In this document: piece by piece, positions 60,147 through 64,000 of the stretch
Layout: each line of letters opens with the position of its first letter
Numbering within the stretch: the stretch's first letter is position 1
From: Promethearchaeota archaeon
Lineage (GTDB): Archaea; Asgardarchaeota; Thorarchaeia; Thorarchaeales; Thorarchaeaceae
DNA length: 64,000 nt
Assembly (NCBI GenBank): GCA_048939765.1
Contig: JBHLPF010000010.1
Coordinates: 1 to 64,000, forward strand
Reading direction: 5' to 3'
Program-made: the position numbers and the translations under genes
Notes under the pieces: generated by a model
Told to the model about the DNA's origin: nothing
The model's input: only the letters and a program-made list of their open reading frames with translations
The model's database searches: none

Positions 60147-60791
60147 TCATTGATTTCGTACAATCGAAAGCATCTGTAAGGAAACGATTGCAATCCAAAG
60201 CAGAGGGGCAATTATCCCGACTCTTTGAATCAGTCCTTCTATTGCAGACAACCTGGTCGTCGCAAAGGTGATCCAGAGAGTAATCCCAGCGCCATTACCC
60301 AGGAGTGCCATCAATAGAGTAAAGCCGCCAAGTCGTTCCCACACAGGATCCCGTCTTATCCGGAAATACAGGACGAACAGTGACATGGCAATCAGCATAC
60401 CCGCAAGTGCGGATGATATCATGTGCATGATGCCTGTGGGATTTCTTGTCAAGAAATTCGTACAGTCCTGATCACAATGGAATATACCGCCGCCAATTAG
60501 ACCGATGCCGCCTAGAACAAGCATCGAAGGTCCAACCTTGGAACCATCTCCGTCATTCAAGAATGGATGAAGTCCCAAACCGAAAATCGCCACCAGCAAT
60601 CCAATGATTATCACACCTAGATTGAATAGCCATCCCCGAAGTCCTTCAACACCACCCAGAATGCTCATCATGTCAGTCATCTGGTTGTATCCTGGTTCTA
60701 GAAATCCAAGACCGAATACGAGTATCAGATAAAGAAAGGGGGCAATAACACCTGCAATAGCTGCAGACAATTTCCTAACGTCTTGACTCAA
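60147..60791 (-). CDS. DUF998 membrane protein
   Basis: PGYNQ...MSILG, conserved His, GLIQR. TTG 60791 follows a GGAG/GGTGG SD. Confidence 0.85.
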   Translation of the reverse strand: MSQDVRKLSAAIAGVIAPFLYLILVFGLGFLEPGYNQMTDMMSILGGVEGLRGWLFNLGVIIIGLLVAIFGLGLHPFLNDGDGSKVGPSMLVLGGIGLIGGGIFHCDQDCTNFLTRNPTGIMHMISSALAGMLIAMSLFVLYFRIRRDPVWERLGGFTLLMALLGNGAGITLWITFATTRLSAIEGLIQRVGIIAPLLWIAIVSLQMLSIVRNQ

Positions 60792-61147
60792 ACCACCAAC
60801 TCCTTTCCAGGCTACTGGAGATGAACATTTGCTCCTAGCCATAACGACGATGACAAATACGGCTGAAACACTGCCAAGTGCAACTACCATTATGAAACTT
60901 ATGTCTAATCTAGTCCTCAGTTAACCGTTAATGATGCTTTGAAGATACTTCTTGGAACGGCAAAGTCCTCGGATTTTATTGAAGAGATTGAGGACCCTCA
61001 GATGGAGTATTAGAAGGCCAAGGGATTCCCATATCCTGCCTGAAAATAAGTCATTGATTAAGAAATAAAAGGGAAAAAAGGCAATGAACTATTGAAGGCG
61101 AGGTTGGGGCCTCGACAAGCACAGTGGAAGTCCCGAGTTCAGGTCGT

Positions 61148-61372
61148 CTAGACCTCTTCGCCTTCACCAGGAGTCTGAAGCTCAGCTATCTTTTCATCGA
61201 TGTTCTTGATGCTATCCTCAAGATGTGACTTGAATGCCTCAAGGCGTTTGATAGCTGTTTCCTTACTCTCGAAGTCTGAGCAGCAATCAGAGAACCCAAA
61301 GATGCCTGGCATCATACCAAAGCCAAAGGCATGTCTAGGTCTTCCCCTCATACCGTGATGTGAATCACACAT
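61148..61372 (-). CDS. Small DUF5320-like protein (Gly/Met/His-rich N-terminus, CC, coiled coil), 74 aa
   Basis: ATG overlaps the PadR stop (TAATG) and follows a GGAGGTGA SD. Confidence 0.8.
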   Translation of the reverse strand: MCDSHHGMRGRPRHAFGFGMMPGIFGFSDCCSDFESKETAIKRLEAFKSHLEDSIKNIDEKIAELQTPGEGEEV

Positions 61373-61953
61373 TATTCGTTTTTCACCTCCCACTCCTCTT
61401 CTTCACTGCTGAGCTCGACCAACTGCTGGTTGACCCATTTGAGTTCGGTTTCAAGGTAACGTCGATATTCCTTTAGATACTCTAATCGCTCCTGAACACA
61501 GTTAGGAGATTTACAGCAGGCGTGCTTCATCGCTGCAAATCCTGTCGGGCTTCTATGACGTGCCATGTTCTCAAAAAGAATAGACGCAGTTTCCCCCCGA
61601 ACTGCACTTCCCAGAAATCCCCAGAATCGATCGTGCATCTGCATTTCCCCTCCCATGTGACTAAGCACTCGAGACAGTACCTCTTCACCACTTGGTGTGA
61701 GGGAGTATTCTATTGCATCCGGACGAATTTCTTGCTGGACTCTCTTGCCTTTGATAAGGCCTCTCTTGGAGAGTCTGCGAAGAGCAGGGTATAGTGTCCC
61801 GCTCTTCAACAGTATTCCCAGTTGTTCTTTCAGGCCCGAGAGTATTGCATATCCATGGGCAGGCCCCTGTCTCAGCTGCGCCAAGATGAGGAGCTCCACT
61901 CGACTTATGGTCTTTCTCGGCGGGCCCATTCTTCTAGGTCCGGGGAATTCCAA
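61372..61953 (-). CDS. PadR-family transcriptional regulator
   Basis: PAHGYAI, SGTLYPALRRL and YSLTPSG motifs. Cys cluster and coiled coil at the C-terminus. Confidence 0.92.
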   Translation of the reverse strand: MEFPGPRRMGPPRKTISRVELLILAQLRQGPAHGYAILSGLKEQLGILLKSGTLYPALRRLSKRGLIKGKRVQQEIRPDAIEYSLTPSGEEVLSRVLSHMGGEMQMHDRFWGFLGSAVRGETASILFENMARHRSPTGFAAMKHACCKSPNCVQERLEYLKEYRRYLETELKWVNQQLVELSSEEEEWEVKNE

Positions 61954-61954
61954 T

Positions 61955-62014
61955 TATGTAGTCACCAACTTATGTAGAGTTCTACATATACATATGTAGA
62001 CGCCTACATATAAA
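61955..62014 (-). promoter_or_regulatory. Tandem PadR-type operators (TATGTAG-N4-CTACATA) overlapping the padR TATA box
   Basis: Perfect-arm sites at 61971-61988 and 61993-62010, and a degenerate site at 61955-61972. Minus-strand TTTATAT at 62008-62014. Confidence 0.8.
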
Positions 62015-62097
62015 CATTGGCGTCCTAGTCATTTGGCGAAGCCTCTACAGATTACTTCCGCCTACGCAATATTCAGTCTTCAGTTACAACCTCAGCT

Positions 62098-62658
62098 TCA
62101 GCTTTCCTTCGCTGTTGCATAGAAGAAGAATAGGGTAGCTATTGCTCCAGCAATTGTGCGGAAGTACAACATTATGTCCGTGAGAGCCGTTGGCCATGCA
62201 AAGCCAAACACCTTGTCGAGCAGTAGCATGATGCACCAAATGAGGAACACAAGTCCCGTTAGAAGAGCCATCCCGCCATACTCGTCACGCATCAACAGGA
62301 CCGATACTGCGAAGAGCAGCCATGCCACGGCCACAATCGCGCCGCCCACCTCCGTGCGCCAGATTGAGCTAGTATCCACCCAGGGATATGCGATTGGGTC
62401 AATGACCCAGAGCATGTGTAGGAAGTGATAGGTCACAGTATGAAACAGCAGGACCAATGCTGTGAGAATGTGTATTGGATTGCCACTCTTCCGGTAGAAT
62501 ACCAACACACCCAACATCACTAGCACCATGGCGATGAACACAAGCCCGAGGTATTGGTCACCGGTCATAGTAGTATAGATATTGATCCATCGGGCCAAGG
62601 TGTAAAGAATAGCTCCGATAGCCCCAAGAACTAGGAGAGCTCTATTCGCATTACTCAT
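62098..62658 (-). CDS. Hypothetical 6-TM membrane protein
   Basis: Hydrophobic ORF with a GGAGGAG SD. Confidence 0.75.
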   Translation of the reverse strand: MSNANRALLVLGAIGAILYTLARWINIYTTMTGDQYLGLVFIAMVLVMLGVLVFYRKSGNPIHILTALVLLFHTVTYHFLHMLWVIDPIAYPWVDTSSIWRTEVGGAIVAVAWLLFAVSVLLMRDEYGGMALLTGLVFLIWCIMLLLDKVFGFAWPTALTDIMLYFRTIAGAIATLFFFYATAKES

Positions 62659-62926
62659 ATCAATCTCTCCTCCATTGAAGGGATATTCTAGGTGTTTACC
62701 CCTTCCACAGGACTATTGTCATAGCTATTAGAAAACACTTCCGGCCAGGCTGCGTTCATCAACTACACTCACAGAGATTCAGTGCAAAGTGAGGGTTCAA
62801 ACTGGGATTCGCCTTGGTGCTGGAATGAGGCATAGGAGGATTATCTAATAGGAAGCTAGCCATCTATTAGGTAACTCATTGACTCTGAGAGAAATGCCCT
62901 TAAGACCAGAATCTTGATGCATTGCT

Positions 62927-64000
62927 ATGCTTGAGGTCACGCTTGACCAGGCCAGGAGATTCATCCTCGACACTCAGGGTCTCAGGACTGGTCGCCAGAG
63001 TCGTTCAGTATTGGATGTTGCGAGAAGAATTCACTCCATCCAGATTGACACCATATCAGTTGTGACTCGAAGTCACAACCTCATCACATGGAACAGGTTC
63101 CCGAAATACAAAGAAGGCGATATCTGGAGGGCGCAAAAGGAAGGGAAGCTGTTTGAATGGTGGTCTCATGCGATGTGCCTTATGCCCATGGAAACGTATC
63201 CCTTCACAGCATGGCGCAAGCAATTCTATCCAGAGGAACTATGGCACTCGTTCAAAAAGTGGGTTGTCGAGAATAAGGACACCATTGAGCAGGTGTACCA
63301 GAAGGTCAAGAAGGATGGTGCTGTCAACAGCGCATCTCTTGGTGAAAGGACGACGAAGTCAGATGGTTGGTGGGATTGGAAAGTTGAGAAGAGGGCTCTT
63401 GAGTATCTCTTCTATATAGGGCGGCTAATGGTGCCCTATCGGAATGGATTCCAGAAGCACTATGATCTTACAGAGAGAGTCCTCCCAGCTGGAATTGACA
63501 CTGAGCCACTCTTGGATGATGAGGCGGCAGAGTTTGTGGTGATGACGACATTGGGTTCCTTGGGCCTGGGTAGCCAAGAAGATGTCAGAAGCTACATGGG
63601 TCGAATGCCATCTCGAGTGTTTTGGAAAAACAAAGCCGCAGCTGTTGAAGAGTACCTAGAGGAGTTCGTTCGGGATGGAGTAATTGAAGAAGTTTCGATT
63701 CCAATGCTGAAAGATCGCTATTTCGTACTAAAGAAGAACCTTCGTCGACTCAGAAAGGCATCCAATCAAGATAGCGCCCAGGCGCCAGTCAAATTCCTGA
63801 GTCCATTTGATAATATCATTCGGGAACGCCACTATCCGAAGAAGATTTGGGACTTTGAATATGCCCTTGAGTGCTATACGCCAGCTGACAAGCGCAAGTA
63901 CGGTTACTTCACTCTTCCGCTCCTTGATGGAGCCAATCTTGTTGGTCGCGTCGACGCAAAGGCTCACCGAAAGGAAAGCGTGCTAGAACTAAAGTCACTT
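62927..64000 (+). CDS. YcaQ/AlkZ-like (HTH_42) crosslink-repair DNA glycosylase, 3' end runs off the window
   Basis: Not in the ORF track. Reads MLEVTLDQARRFILDTQGL...IQIDTISVVTRSH (QxD motif)...LSPFDN...RKYGYF...GRVD to the edge. Confidence 0.9.
   Translation, partial: MLEVTLDQARRFILDTQGLRTGRQSRSVLDVARRIHSIQIDTISVVTRSHNLITWNRFPKYKEGDIWRAQKEGKLFEWWSHAMCLMPMETYPFTAWRKQFYPEELWHSFKKWVVENKDTIEQVYQKVKKDGAVNSASLGERTTKSDGWWDWKVEKRALEYLFYIGRLMVPYRNGFQKHYDLTERVLPAGIDTEPLLDDEAAEFVVMTTLGSLGLGSQEDVRSYMGRMPSRVFWKNKAAAVEEYLEEFVRDGVIEEVSIPMLKDRYFVLKKNLRRLRKASNQDSAQAPVKFLSPFDNIIRERHYPKKIWDFEYALECYTPADKRKYGYFTLPLLDGANLVGRVDAKAHRKESVLELKSL

Noticed and set aside
41-63967. Numerous short ORFs in the track (e.g. 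423..815, 16516..16788, 30506..30925, 63153..63419)
   Set aside because: They are antisense or alternate-frame shadows of well-supported genes and carry no motifs.
1-64000. Selenoprotein (in-frame UGA) or SECIS elements, expected in some Asgard archaea
   Set aside because: No gene appears split at a UGA aligned to a catalytic Cys, and the hairpins seen lack a convincing AUGA/GA core.
1-64000. CRISPR arrays, IS elements, provirus, tRNA or rRNA
   Set aside because: By eye I found no repeat-spacer periodicity, transposase/integrase/capsid motifs, cloverleaf or rRNA signatures.

Overview
This is a gene-dense archaeal chromosomal window with about 48 protein-coding genes. It is most consistent with an Asgard archaeon, probably Thorarchaeia. 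That is an inference from a Rab/Ras-like small GTPase, large C-terminally anchored surface proteins, orphan histidine kinases, archaeal TATA/SD signals and frequent TTG starts. I saw no rRNA, tRNA, CRISPR array, transposase or integrase. Content is mostly transport, proteolysis, signalling, surface proteins and a DNA-damage/detoxification neighbourhood (Fpg/Nei-like, ExoIII, GyrI-like, YcaQ-like). The ORF track missed four or five genes: a rubredoxin, edge-truncated DUF4139/4140 and YcaQ-like genes, a 50-codon ORF coupled to an AbrB-type regulator, and an amber-interrupted small membrane ORF. Most notable: (1) a PadR module with tandem ATGT-N8-ACAT operators and a small coupled protein that copies the repressor's own Cys-Cys plus coiled-coil tail; (2) a 2086-aa polytopic membrane protein carrying 11-mer amphipathic helix repeats; (3) an M48 protease with an inserted EF-hand, next to the small GTPase; (4) an Fpg/Nei homologue lacking its canonical catalytic residues. 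All family calls come from motif recognition by eye. No searches were run.
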